Origin: an uncultured Alphaproteobacteria bacterium
Lineage (GTDB): Bacteria > Pseudomonadota > Alphaproteobacteria > HIMB59 > GCA-002718135
Direction of reading: 5' to 3'
Length of the DNA stretch: 64,000 nucleotides
Assembly (NCBI GenBank): GCA_902630465.1
Contig: CACOVJ010000003.1
Location: 2,101 to 66,100 of the forward strand
Part shown: positions 19,476 to 29,216 of the stretch, piece by piece
Layout of the letters: the number at the start of each line of letters is the position of its first letter
How positions within the stretch are numbered: position 1 is the first letter of the stretch
Position numbers and translations under genes: made by a program
Notes under the pieces: generated by a model
Databases searched by the model: none
What the model was told of the DNA's origin: nothing
Seen by the model: the letters and a program-made list of their open reading frames with translations, nothing else

Positions 19476-20241
19476 TGCTATTATTTTGGTTTAAAATTAG
19501 TTCTTTTGCAAGTTCAATATAGGCTAAAGAGCCGGCTGCATGTGTATCATATATAAGTGCTGGCTTACCATGGCTTGGTGCCTCTGATATTTTTACATTT
19601 CTTGGAATAGTTGTTTTATAAACTTGATTCCCAAAATGTTCTCTCACGTCCTTTTCAACCAAAGAGCTTAAGGAGTTTCTTTTATCTAACATTGTAAGTA
19701 ATATACCTTCAATTTTTAAATTTTTATTAAAGTTTTGCTGGATTAGCTTAATTGTTTGCATTAATGCAGAAAGGCCCTCAAGGGCAAAAAACTCCGACTG
19801 TAATGGGATAAGTGTGGTGTCTGATGCAACTAAGGAGTTTATAGTAAGTAAGCCTAATGCTGGAGGGCAATCGATAAATATAAAATCAAAATTATTAATT
19901 TCACTAAATATTTTTTTAAAAATAAACTCTCTGTTTTCAAAATTAGGGAGTTCTACTTCTGCAGCAGCCAAGTCTGTGCTTGCACCAATTATTTTCAATC
20001 CTGGAATTAAAGTATCTTTTATGCCTTCCGTTAGAAGTGTTTTCTCGTGTATCATTTCATAAATTGATGGCTTTCTATTATCATAAGAAATGCCTAAGCC
20101 TGTGCTTGCATTGCCTTGTGGGTCTGCGTCAACAATTAATATATTTTTTTTAACTGCAGCTAAAGAGGTTGCTAAATTTATAGTGGTTGTTGTTTTGCCA
20201 ACCCCACCTTTTTGATTTGAGATAGAAATTATTTTTTTCAT
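19468..20241 (-). CDS. parA: chromosome partitioning ATPase ParA
   Basis: Deviant Walker A NQKGGVGKTTT, DADPQGN, and an 8-nt overlap with parB. Confidence 0.95.
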   Translation of the reverse strand: MKKIISISNQKGGVGKTTTTINLATSLAAVKKNILIVDADPQGNASTGLGISYDNRKPSIYEMIHEKTLLTEGIKDTLIPGLKIIGASTDLAAAEVELPNFENREFIFKKIFSEINNFDFIFIDCPPALGLLTINSLVASDTTLIPLQSEFFALEGLSALMQTIKLIQQNFNKNLKIEGILLTMLDKRNSLSSLVEKDVREHFGNQVYKTTIPRNVKISEAPSHGKPALIYDTHAAGSLAYIELAKELILNQNNSNE

Positions 20242-20843
20242 AATTTAATACATTTATCTATTTTTAAAACAAACCCGTCACCCTCACTTTTACTGGGAAA
20301 CAGGTCAAATGTGAAACTAAAAAATTTTTTTGCATCAATGATTTCTTTTTTAACATTTCTACCTTTGAGAAAAAGCAATGATGTATTTTTTTTTGAAAAA
20401 AATAGTGAATAATGTAATAGTTTTGTCAATGGTGCAAATGCTCGACAAACAACAAAATCAAACTTCTGGTTTTTTATTTTCTCAACTCTAGTACAAATAG
20501 TCTTTATTTCTATCTTATTCTCATAAGCAAACTGTTTAATAAAATTTATTTTCTTCATCTTTGAATCTATTAGTAAAATATTTTTGTGCCCAAAAATATA
20601 TAATATTACTCCTGGTAACCCTGCGCCTGTACCCAAATCAATTATTGATGATTTTTTTTTTGGAATATATTCAGAAAGCTGTAATGAATCGTTAATATGT
20701 CTATCCCAAACATTGTCTATTGTAGATGGGCCAACCAAATTATGAATTTGATTATTTTTTTTTAACATAAGAATATAGTGGTTAATTAAATCAACCTGTC
20801 TTTTTTCCAGTTTATAGTTCTCTATTACTAAATTTTTATCCAA
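20238..20843 (-). CDS. rsmG: 16S rRNA (guanine527-N7)-methyltransferase
   Basis: SAM motif IIDLGTGAGLPG and the gidA-gidB-parAB synteny. Confidence 0.9.
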   Translation of the reverse strand: MDKNLVIENYKLEKRQVDLINHYILMLKKNNQIHNLVGPSTIDNVWDRHINDSLQLSEYIPKKKSSIIDLGTGAGLPGVILYIFGHKNILLIDSKMKKINFIKQFAYENKIEIKTICTRVEKIKNQKFDFVVCRAFAPLTKLLHYSLFFSKKNTSLLFLKGRNVKKEIIDAKKFFSFTFDLFPSKSEGDGFVLKIDKCIKL

Positions 20844-20844
20844 C

Positions 20845-22722
20845 TTATGCGGCTTTTTTGTTTTTATTTTTTTTAAGGTATCTAAGTAGTGCTATTGTAG
20901 CTGCTGGAGTGACTCCTGAGATTCTTGATGCAGCCCCAAGGGTCGGTGGTTTAATTTTTGAAAGTTTCTCTACTATCTCGTTTGACAAACTTCCGACCAA
21001 TTTATAATTTGTTGATTTAGGTATTAACAGGCTCTCCTCTTTTTGAAAATCACTAATATCCATCCTCTGTCTATCAAGGTAGCCTGTATATTTAGCCTCT
21101 ATCTCTATTTGCTCGATTACATCCTCGGCCAGATTATTAAGTTCAGGGATTATTTTTTTTAATTTAGAAGTTGTAATATTTGAAAAGGACAAAAGCTCTA
21201 TAATGTTTCTCTTTTTTCCATCTTTGTTTATTTTAATTCCTTTTTTAAGAAGTGCATCAGGTGAAAATTTATGGCCTTTTACAAAGTTAAATCCTTCTTT
21301 AATTCTTGTTGATTTTTTTTCATAAAATCTTTGTCTGTCATTACCTATACACCCTATATCAATTCCGAGTGGTGTTAATCTTTGGTCTGCGTTGTCAGCT
21401 CGTAAAAGAAGCCTGTATTCAGATCTTGAAGTAAACATTCTATATGGTTCTTTGGTGCCTTTTGTAACCAAGTCATCTATCAATACTCCTATATATCCCG
21501 CAGACCTTGGTATTATAAATTCTTTATTAGAGGTTGTTTTCAGAGATGCATTTATACCAGCTATAATTCCTTGAGCTGCTGCTTCCTCATAACCAGTAGT
21601 CCCATTTATCTGTCCCGCAAAAAAAAGGTTGTTAATTTTTTTTGTTTCCAAAGTGTGATTTAATTCCTGAGGATCAACATAATCATATTCAATTGCATAA
21701 GCAGGTTGTGTGATAGTCACTTTTTCTAAACCTTTAATTGTTCTCACAAAATTTTCTTGAATCTCACTGGGTAGTGAGGATGATATTCCATTAGGATATA
21801 TTAATTCACTGTCCAATCCCTCGGGTTCCAGAAATATTTGATGCGATGACTTATTTTTAAATTTGTAAATTTTATCTTCAATTGATGGGCAGTATCTAGC
21901 GCCCATTGATTGAATTTCTCCTGAATACATAGGTGATAAATTTAGATTTCTGGCAATAATTTCATGGGTGTTTTTATTGGTATGAGTAATGAAACATGAA
22001 ACCTGAGGAATGTGGATATCTCTGTTGATAAAAGAAAATGGAACTATTTTCTTATCTGGGTGTTGTTCATCTAAGTTATTGAAATTTATAGTTTTTTTTA
22101 GCAATCTTGGTGGTGTCCCTGTCTTTAATCTGCCTATTGAAAACTTTAGCTCTTTAAGTTTTTTTGCAAGCTTGATTGAAGGTTTATCTCCAACTCGTCC
22201 AGCGGCTTGTTTTTCAGAACCTATTCTTATTAATCCTCGTAAAAAAGTGCCAGTGGTTAAAACAACAGATTTAGATGATATTTTTTTATTATTATTTAGA
22301 ACAACACCTACCACCTTATTGTTAGAAATAATTAAATCTTCTACAGATCCTTCAATAATTTCTAAGTTTTTTTGATTTTTTATTAAGCTGTTTACAGCAT
22401 TTTTATAGAGATTTCGATCTGTTTGAGCCCTTGGCCCTCTAACAGCCGCACCTCTACTTGAGTTTAACATCCTAAATTGAATACAAGACATGTCGGTTGA
22501 CTTACCCATTACTCCATCTAATGCGTCTATTTCCTTAACAAGATGACCTTTTCCAAGCCCCCCAATAGCTGGGTTGCATGACATTTCTCCTATTTTCTCT
22601 ATTTTATGTGTAATCAAAGCTGTTTTTGAGCCAATTCTTGCAGATGAACAAGCCGCTTCCACACCAGCATGTCCTCCTCCAATTACAATTACATCAAATT
22701 TATTATCCATATCTCTTTTCAC
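20845..22722 (-). CDS. mnmG: tRNA uridine 5-carboxymethylaminomethyl modification enzyme MnmG (GidA)
   Basis: [16 protein letters not shown] and high overall similarity. The ATG at 22710 is a likelier start than the GTG at 22722. Confidence 0.97.
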   Translation of the reverse strand: MKRDMDNKFDVIVIGGGHAGVEAACSSARIGSKTALITHKIEKIGEMSCNPAIGGLGKGHLVKEIDALDGVMGKSTDMSCIQFRMLNSSRGAAVRGPRAQTDRNLYKNAVNSLIKNQKNLEIIEGSVEDLIISNNKVVGVVLNNNKKISSKSVVLTTGTFLRGLIRIGSEKQAAGRVGDKPSIKLAKKLKELKFSIGRLKTGTPPRLLKKTINFNNLDEQHPDKKIVPFSFINRDIHIPQVSCFITHTNKNTHEIIARNLNLSPMYSGEIQSMGARYCPSIEDKIYKFKNKSSHQIFLEPEGLDSELIYPNGISSSLPSEIQENFVRTIKGLEKVTITQPAYAIEYDYVDPQELNHTLETKKINNLFFAGQINGTTGYEEAAAQGIIAGINASLKTTSNKEFIIPRSAGYIGVLIDDLVTKGTKEPYRMFTSRSEYRLLLRADNADQRLTPLGIDIGCIGNDRQRFYEKKSTRIKEGFNFVKGHKFSPDALLKKGIKINKDGKKRNIIELLSFSNITTSKLKKIIPELNNLAEDVIEQIEIEAKYTGYLDRQRMDISDFQKEESLLIPKSTNYKLVGSLSNEIVEKLSKIKPPTLGAASRISGVTPAATIALLRYLKKNKNKKAA

Positions 22723-22728
22723 GTGAAA
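22714..22728 (+). other. parS-like site A (TCTTTTCACGTGAAA; core palindrome TTTCACGTGAAA at 22717-22728)
   Basis: The central 12 bp are identical to canonical parS TGTTTCACGTGAAACA. It sits in the mnmE stop / mnmG start junction. Confidence 0.45.
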
Positions 22729-24015
22729 TTACTTACCAATACAAAAATCACTAAATATTATATCTAAAATTTTCTCAATATCAAATTTTTGATTAATTCC
22801 ATCAATATACATAATTGATCTTCTAACATTTTCTGCGGCAATATCTATTTCTTTTAAATCAAGGTTTTTAAGTAATACAAGAGATTTGTTTAAGCTTTCC
22901 ATATGTCTTTCACGTGAAAAGACTGGCCCAGAAATTGGTTTTTTCTTTAATTTTGAAGATATGGTTTTAATAAGGTTTTTAATTCCATAACCAGATACCG
23001 ATGAAATGCTTTGTACCCCATTAATTTTCTTTTTATTAGTATCATATTTTGATTTAACAAATATTTTTGATTTGATGCTGCTATAGTTTTTCTTTTCATT
23101 ATTTTTGAGAAAAACTATATTCAAATCAGACTTTTCAGCGCTCTCTAGCGATCTTTCAATGCCTATTTTTTCAATTAAATTCTTATATTTTCTTATTCCA
23201 GCTGTATCAACAAAAATGTACTTATCACCCTGAATATCTAGGGTGGAGCTTACTAAATCAGTGGTTGTTCCAGGTATATTGGTAACTATAGAAACCTCTT
23301 TATTGTTGATATAATTAATAAAGGAAGATTTTCCTGTATTTGGCTTTCCAATAATAGTTATTGTAAAACCATTATGTATTTGTCTAGATAAAGATGATCT
23401 TTTAATAATATTTTCAATTTGTTTATATATGTTCTTATTTTGTTCTTTTATATTTTTATATATTTCTTTAGGAAGATCTTCGTCAGCAAAATCAATAATT
23501 GCCTCTATATCTGCTAGAAGTTTTTTTTGTTTATTTGATATTTCATTAATAAACCTATCTAAATTTCCACTTAAATTACCTATGGCTAACTTTCTTTGAT
23601 TTTCTGTTTCTGCATTAACCAAATCATTAATTGTTTCAGCTTCTAAAATACTAATCTTATCATTCATTAGAGCTTTTTTGGTAAATTCTCCAGGCTCAGC
23701 AAGTCTGATTTGTTTTTTTAACAGGGTTTTGGTTATTTTGTTAATTACAGAGATGCTTCCATGACAGGATATTTCGACCATATCCTCTCCTGTATAACTT
23801 TTTGGTGATTTAAAAAAAGTTGTTAGTGTTTGATCTACGATATTTTTTCCATCTATTATATTATTTAAAGAAGCAAAGTTTGTTTTAAATTTTTTTTTAG
23901 AAGATATTGATTTTATTATTTTGTGAGAGTCTTTACCTGAAACCCTAAAAACAGCTATGCCTGATTTACCTCTTTGTGTAGCAAGTGCAAAAATTGTGTC
24001 CTTTGAATGATTCAT
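22729..24015 (-). CDS. mnmE: tRNA modification GTPase MnmE (TrmE)
   Basis: G-domain GKPNTGKSS and DTAGIR, with the C-terminal CIGK motif. Confidence 0.95.
   Translation of the reverse strand: MNHSKDTIFALATQRGKSGIAVFRVSGKDSHKIIKSISSKKKFKTNFASLNNIIDGKNIVDQTLTTFFKSPKSYTGEDMVEISCHGSISVINKITKTLLKKQIRLAEPGEFTKKALMNDKISILEAETINDLVNAETENQRKLAIGNLSGNLDRFINEISNKQKKLLADIEAIIDFADEDLPKEIYKNIKEQNKNIYKQIENIIKRSSLSRQIHNGFTITIIGKPNTGKSSFINYINNKEVSIVTNIPGTTTDLVSSTLDIQGDKYIFVDTAGIRKYKNLIEKIGIERSLESAEKSDLNIVFLKNNEKKNYSSIKSKIFVKSKYDTNKKKINGVQSISSVSGYGIKNLIKTISSKLKKKPISGPVFSRERHMESLNKSLVLLKNLDLKEIDIAAENVRRSIMYIDGINQKFDIEKILDIIFSDFCIGK
22908..22922 (-). other. parS-like site B (the same 15-mer on the minus strand; core 22908-22919)
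   Basis: The reverse complement of 22908-22922 is TCTTTTCACGTGAAA, identical to site A. It lies inside the mnmE 3' coding region. Confidence 0.45.
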
Positions 24016-24087
24016 TTTTTGGGAATTAAACCCAAGATGACATTAAGTAAATAATAAAAATTAGCAGGTATTTCTTAGTGTTCTAGT

Positions 24088-25530
24088 TTATTCCAACCAG
24101 TCTACCCATTGATTAACTTGGTCAGGGGTAACAAAATCAAATTGCATATTTCCTTGATTAATCAAAAAGGTGTTAGTCATGCGGTGGTGTTGTACAGCAT
24201 TATCACAAAGCAGATCCATTAACCCATCATTGTTAACATCGATTAGCAAGGTCTCCGAACAATAAGTATTCCATGGGTGGTTGCTTTCTGATTTAACCAT
24301 TGAGCCCCACGTTTTAGCGTCTTGCCATTCTTCAAGTGGCTCAAGAACGATGTTAGTATCAATTAACTCTAATTTGCCATCTATGTTTTCATAAGCAACC
24401 CAAGCCGACCCTGAATAATACATACCAACGTTTGAGCTAACAAGGTCAATGTCACCGTCGTTATCAAAGTCAAAAGCTGTCATCTCTGGGACTTCAGAAA
24501 ATATAAAATTACCAACCTTTGCTGGTTTAAGTTTGTGAATTTGTTTAAATTTACCTTTGCCATTGCCATAATACATAGCGATATAGTGAGAGTTTTTGGT
24601 TTCATTTACAACACCTCCTTGTGGTGAATGCTTCCTGTATTCTGCATTATAATGGGCGTTGCCACTAACAATATCCAAATTACCGTCATTATTAAAATCA
24701 CCTACAGCAGCTACAAAGAAAGCTCCTGGGTTTCTAGTAATACATTTTTTTGCTTTAAAATTACCCTTTCCGTCGTTGTAGTGACAAATAACACCAGTAA
24801 AGTCAGTTGTTATAACATCTAAGTCTCCATCATTATCAATATCGCCTACATCAGAACCATGAGAAAATCCTTGAAACGTTTTTGTTTTTTTGTCGACTAA
24901 ATGTCCCTTATGATTTGAGGCAGACCATTTAAATGGTCCTGTTGAAATTAAAACCGGGTTAACCCCCTTATAGTTAAAATTACCATCATTCAGTTCCACA
25001 GATGCATTAGGTACAAATAAGTCATTTATACCGTCAGCATTAAAGTCTTGTATAATGATGCGTGATGTTCCGTTAGGATAACCCTTATCATTTGACTTTC
25101 CCCAGTCAAAAAGATCTTTATTGTTAAGTTTTTTAAAATTAAGGTTTTCGTCTAATGAATAAACCTGAAAAGGAAGGGAATAGGCGTTGATTGTGCTACA
25201 ACCAATCCTTCCCTCTGTAGAATTTTGGCTTTCCTGACAAGGCTTACCAGTACCCCAGGTTATGTAATCAAGTTTACCATTTCCGTCTAAATCACCAAAC
25301 AGTCCTCCTTCTCTATAAAAGATCGCCCTATCATTGTTTACATACTTTTTCATCCAGTCTCTACTTGGCAAGACATATTTTCCTAGTTTATTTTTCATAC
25401 TTTCATCAATATATTTTCCTGAAAGCAGTACTCCAAGTTCTTTTGCTTTATTTACAACCTGATTAGCCTGAAGATTTATAGAAAAAAGAAATGTTGATAC
25501 TAATAGAAATAAAATTTTTTTAATAAACAC
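24088..25530 (-). CDS. secreted FG-GAP/VCBS-repeat beta-propeller protein
   Basis: Signal peptide MFIKKILFLLVSTFLFSINLQA. Six Ca-binding-type DxNxDGxxD repeats (GDLDGNGKLD, DFNADGINDL, DIDNDGDLDV, DFNNDGNLDI, DFDNDGDIDL, DVNNDGLMDL). Confidence 0.8.
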   Translation of the reverse strand: MFIKKILFLLVSTFLFSINLQANQVVNKAKELGVLLSGKYIDESMKNKLGKYVLPSRDWMKKYVNNDRAIFYREGGLFGDLDGNGKLDYITWGTGKPCQESQNSTEGRIGCSTINAYSLPFQVYSLDENLNFKKLNNKDLFDWGKSNDKGYPNGTSRIIIQDFNADGINDLFVPNASVELNDGNFNYKGVNPVLISTGPFKWSASNHKGHLVDKKTKTFQGFSHGSDVGDIDNDGDLDVITTDFTGVICHYNDGKGNFKAKKCITRNPGAFFVAAVGDFNNDGNLDIVSGNAHYNAEYRKHSPQGGVVNETKNSHYIAMYYGNGKGKFKQIHKLKPAKVGNFIFSEVPEMTAFDFDNDGDIDLVSSNVGMYYSGSAWVAYENIDGKLELIDTNIVLEPLEEWQDAKTWGSMVKSESNHPWNTYCSETLLIDVNNDGLMDLLCDNAVQHHRMTNTFLINQGNMQFDFVTPDQVNQWVDWLE

Positions 25531-25578
25531 ATGTTTATATTAATAAAAAAAAATTTAAAAAAAAGAATAAAGATATAG

Positions 25579-26838
25579 CTATTTGGTTCCCATACTTTGG
25601 AAGAAGTCGTTGTTAGTTTTTGTATTTTTCATCTTTTCTAAAAGAAACTCCATTGACTCTGTTGTTCCCATTGGAGCTAATATTTTTCTTAAAATAAATA
25701 TTTTTCCTAATTCGTCTTTATCTAATAACAGTTCTTCTTTTCTTGTGCCTGATTTACCAATATCAAAAGCAGGGTATGTTCTTTTTTGGCTAAGTTTTCT
25801 ATCAAGACACATCTCACTGTTACCAGTTCCTTTAAATTCTTCAAAGATAACCTCATCCATTCTGCTTCCAGTATCTATTAGAGCTGTAGCAATTATTGTT
25901 AAAGATCCACCCTTTTCAACATTTCTCGCTGCCCCAAAAAACCTTTTTGGCCTTTGGAGAGCATTTGCATCTACACCACCTGTTAGAACTTTTCCACTAG
26001 AGGGCACTACAGTATTATATGCTCTTCCAAGTCTTGTAATAGAGTCAAGCAAAATTACTACATCGTGTTTATATTCAACAAGCCTTTTTGCTTTTTCTAT
26101 AACCATTTCTGCAACTTGTACGTGTCTAGAAGCAGGCTCATCAAATGTTGAACTAATTACCTCACCTTTAGTTAATGATCTTTGCATATCTGTAACTTCT
26201 TCAGGTCTTTCATCTATTAGAAGAACAATTAATTTTGTATCTGGACTATTTGCAGTAATAGCGTTTGCTATTTTTTGCATGATAATCGTTTTACCTGTAA
26301 ATGGCTGTGCAACTATTAACTGTCTTTGACCTTTTCCTAGCGGAGCAATTATATCAATAATTCTTTCGGTTAAGTCAGGCATTGGCTTTTCCTGCTCTAG
26401 TTTAAACCTTGAATCAGGATAAAGCGGCGTTAGATCTTCAAAATTAACTCTATTTTTAACTTGATCTATATCTTGACCATTAATCTTGTTTATTTTTATT
26501 ATAGCAAAATATCTTTCGCCTTGTTTGGGAGATCTAATTTCTCCCTCAACACTATCGCCTGTTCTCAAACTAAACTTTTTTATTTGAGAGGGAGATACAT
26601 AAATATCATCAGGGCCCGGAAGATAGTTAGATTCTGAGGATCTTAGAAAACCAAACCCATCCTGCATAATTTCTATAACCCCAATTCCAGTTATAGCTGT
26701 ACCCTCCTCAGCAATCGTCTTTAAAATAGCAAACATTAAATCTTGTTTCCTTAATGAAGAAGGGTTCTCGATACCTAACTTATCTGCTTGTTTTAATAAC
26801 TCTTCTGGATTTTTATTTTTTAGTTCTTGTAAGTTCAT
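25579..26838 (-). CDS. rho: transcription termination factor Rho
   Basis: N-terminal MNLQELK..., RNA-binding domain, Walker A (PFTGKT) and overall similarity. Confidence 0.97.
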   Translation of the reverse strand: MNLQELKNKNPEELLKQADKLGIENPSSLRKQDLMFAILKTIAEEGTAITGIGVIEIMQDGFGFLRSSESNYLPGPDDIYVSPSQIKKFSLRTGDSVEGEIRSPKQGERYFAIIKINKINGQDIDQVKNRVNFEDLTPLYPDSRFKLEQEKPMPDLTERIIDIIAPLGKGQRQLIVAQPFTGKTIIMQKIANAITANSPDTKLIVLLIDERPEEVTDMQRSLTKGEVISSTFDEPASRHVQVAEMVIEKAKRLVEYKHDVVILLDSITRLGRAYNTVVPSSGKVLTGGVDANALQRPKRFFGAARNVEKGGSLTIIATALIDTGSRMDEVIFEEFKGTGNSEMCLDRKLSQKRTYPAFDIGKSGTRKEELLLDKDELGKIFILRKILAPMGTTESMEFLLEKMKNTKTNNDFFQSMGTK

Positions 26839-27245
26839 ATTGGTGGGGTAGTTAGAAATGAAATAATTTATTACAAAAAATAAATATTATTGTCAAAATA
26901 AATAATATTATATTTTAATTTAGTATTAGTAGTATTTGTAAGGTGAATCACCATAATTTTAAATTTTTAATAGTTTTTACAACAAGTATTAACATCTGTA
27001 TAAAAGTAATAAATATCTATTATATTACGTTAATAAAATGAAACTAACCTCAATAAAACAGTGTTTAGAAGAGTACATTTAAGTTAAAAAACTGTTAAAA
27101 AAAAGGGATAAATTTTTTAATAACATGACAAGTATAATGCTAGTCAGAGTTATTAAATTGTTCATAACAGATTTGTTTAAAAAGATTTTTTTTTCATCAA
27201 TTCAACTTTTTTTGAATTGTGTTAATAAGTAATATATTTATCAAC

Positions 27246-27845
27246 ATGTTTACTAACAAAGATTATATTTTAGCTAGCTCTAGTAACTCACGATACAAAA
27301 TTTTAAAGAACGCAGGCTTCCCCTTTAAACAGCTGAACCCAAGTTGTGACGAAGAAAAGATTAAAAGTAAAATAAAGAAGAAAGCTATCTCCCCAGTATC
27401 TTTGGTTAAAAAATTATCATACGCCAAAGCATTAAGCATTAGTAAAAACAAAAGATATGCAGAAAAAAAAATTATAGGCTGTGATACTTTGGTTTATCTG
27501 AACAACACTATTTTTGATAAAGCCAAAACACTTGAAGAAGCTAAATGGAAAATTAAAAAACTATCAGGGAAGAAGCATAAGATTATCTCTGGTATTACCA
27601 TTTGTAGAAATGGCAAGATAATTTGGCAACGCAGTGTATCAACAGATATAAAGATAAGAAAACTAACAAACAGTCAAATAAATTTATATTTACAAAAAAG
27701 TGGAAAACAAATTTTACAATCTGTAGGCTGTTACCAAATAGAGTCATTAGGACCAAACATTATTGAATCAATAAAAGGAGACTTTTTTAATGTCATGGGA
27801 CTTCCGTTGTTTGATTTACTAAAATATGTATCAAAAAATGGATAA
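27246..27845 (+). CDS. maf: Maf-family nucleoside-triphosphate pyrophosphatase
   Basis: ILASSSNSRYKIL and GCDT motifs. I prefer the internal ATG at 27246 over the track start at 27219. Confidence 0.85.
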   Translation: MFTNKDYILASSSNSRYKILKNAGFPFKQLNPSCDEEKIKSKIKKKAISPVSLVKKLSYAKALSISKNKRYAEKKIIGCDTLVYLNNTIFDKAKTLEEAKWKIKKLSGKKHKIISGITICRNGKIIWQRSVSTDIKIRKLTNSQINLYLQKSGKQILQSVGCYQIESLGPNIIESIKGDFFNVMGLPLFDLLKYVSKNG

Positions 27846-28623
27846 ATATTTTGTAGTTGGAAATAACTCTTCGAAAAGTTTGTCACCAATGATTTTTAAT
27901 TATTGGTTTAAAAAATATAAAATTGATGCAAAGTACAGTTTTATTGAGCTAAACGATAAGAGCTTTAATAAGGACATTAAAGAAATACTGACTAAAAAAA
28001 ATGTTAGTGGATTAAATATAACAATACCTTTTAAAGAAAAAATTATAAAACACGTGGACGTTTTAGACGAGCACTCTGAAGTTATAAATGCAACAAACTG
28101 TTTATCTATTGGAAAAAAAATAAAAGGAATTAACACAGATTGGTTAGGTTACTATAAAACACTTCCTAAACATTTAAATCTTGCCAAAAAAAAGGTTGTT
28201 TTAATTGGCTATGGAGGAGCTGCATACGCAATACATTATGTTTTAAAAAAGAAAGGTTTTAATAACATAACTATTATTAATAGAACAAAAAAAGCGTTAA
28301 AGTTCGAAAAACAAGCAAAACAAACACAAGGTTACGACAGATTTGAAGAAATTATTAAATCTGCAAAATTAATTATAAACACCACACCTATTAATCCTAT
28401 AAAAAACGAGCTTATAAATAGAGTTTCAAGCGATGCTATTTTGAGTGACATTGTTTACTCTCCCAAAGAAACATCATTTTTAAGAAACTTTCCTAACAAT
28501 AAAAAAATATATGGTATTTCAATGCTCTTAGAACAAGCGGCGCTATGCTTTAAGTTTTGGTTTGGTTTTGAGCCAGTAATTGATAGAAATTTAATTGAAA
28601 ATTTAGACAAACAGATAAAATGA
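27826..28623 (+). CDS. aroE: shikimate dehydrogenase
   Basis: SLSPMIFN, NITIPFKE, NTDWLGY, GYGGAA. An alternative start at 27838 is possible. Confidence 0.85.
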   Translation: MYQKMDKYFVVGNNSSKSLSPMIFNYWFKKYKIDAKYSFIELNDKSFNKDIKEILTKKNVSGLNITIPFKEKIIKHVDVLDEHSEVINATNCLSIGKKIKGINTDWLGYYKTLPKHLNLAKKKVVLIGYGGAAYAIHYVLKKKGFNNITIINRTKKALKFEKQAKQTQGYDRFEEIIKSAKLIINTTPINPIKNELINRVSSDAILSDIVYSPKETSFLRNFPNNKKIYGISMLLEQAALCFKFWFGFEPVIDRNLIENLDKQIK

Positions 28624-29216
28624 CTTTATTAGTTGCAATAACTGGAGGAATTGGATCAGGAAAATCAACTTTTTCAAATGAAGTAAAAAAAAGAGGATTT
28701 AAACTTTTAGACTCAGACCAAGAAGTTTCTAAACTATATAAAAAACCAAGTAAAAACTTTTTAGATTTTTTAAGATCAATAAAATTAGGCAATTCTATAG
28801 ACGGTAAAAAGATAAACAAAAAGGTAATATTTGAAAAAATATTTGACGATAGCAAAACAAGGGAAAAGTTAGAAAAATATATTCATAAGACAGTGAGAGA
28901 AAGCAGAGAAAAATTTTTAAAAAAAGAGAAAAGAAATAAAACGAAGGTGGTTTTTATGGATATACCTCTTTTATTTGAGAACAAATTAAATAAAAATTTT
29001 GATCTTATTATATCAATAATATCTTCCAAAAAAATAAGACTAAAAAGGCTAAAGAAATCAAAAAATATAAAAACCAAAACCTTTAATAAAATCACTAAAA
29101 TACAAACAAGTGATATAGAAAGAAAAAAAAATTCTGATATAGTTATTCTTAACAACTATAATATGAATAACTATTTAAATAAAATAAATCAGGTTTTAGA
29201 CCTAATTACAACATGA
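28620..29216 (+). CDS. coaE: dephospho-CoA kinase
   Basis: P-loop GGIGSGKST and the maf-aroE-coaE-dnaQ synteny. Confidence 0.85.
   Translation: MTLLVAITGGIGSGKSTFSNEVKKRGFKLLDSDQEVSKLYKKPSKNFLDFLRSIKLGNSIDGKKINKKVIFEKIFDDSKTREKLEKYIHKTVRESREKFLKKEKRNKTKVVFMDIPLLFENKLNKNFDLIISIISSKKIRLKRLKKSKNIKTKTFNKITKIQTSDIERKKNSDIVILNNYNMNNYLNKINQVLDLITT

Noticed and set aside
25583-26329. 248-aa plus-strand ORF antisense to rho. Similar long antisense ORFs occur at 47311..47892 and 48354..48812 (dnaK/dnaJ), 13287..13774 (porin-like gene), 14027..14569, 22010..22375 (mnmG), 62203..62563 (katG) and 54840..55101.
   Set aside because: Each lies entirely opposite a gene with strong family motifs. They occur exactly in the higher-GC genes, where stop codons are rare in the antisense frames. 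Their products are low-complexity S/L/P/F-rich, with no start-site signals.
27084-27098. TTAA-N7-TTAA (CtrA-box pattern) in the rho|maf gap.
   Set aside because: This pattern is expected frequently by chance at this AT content. As far as I recall, SAR11-type genomes lack CtrA. It is not used as evidence for an origin.
26839-27245. Possible small ORF or ncRNA in the large gap, for example ATG at 27038 encoding MKLTSIKQCLEEYI.
   Set aside because: It has no ribosome-binding site and is only 14 codons long. I could find no conserved structure by eye and cannot support it as a feature.
27238-27246. TTATCAACA, an 8/9 match to the DnaA box TTATCCACA.
   Set aside because: It is a single near-match overlapping the maf start codon. 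An AT-rich background makes such hits common, and no cluster of strong boxes was seen. It is mentioned only as weak support in the origin finding.
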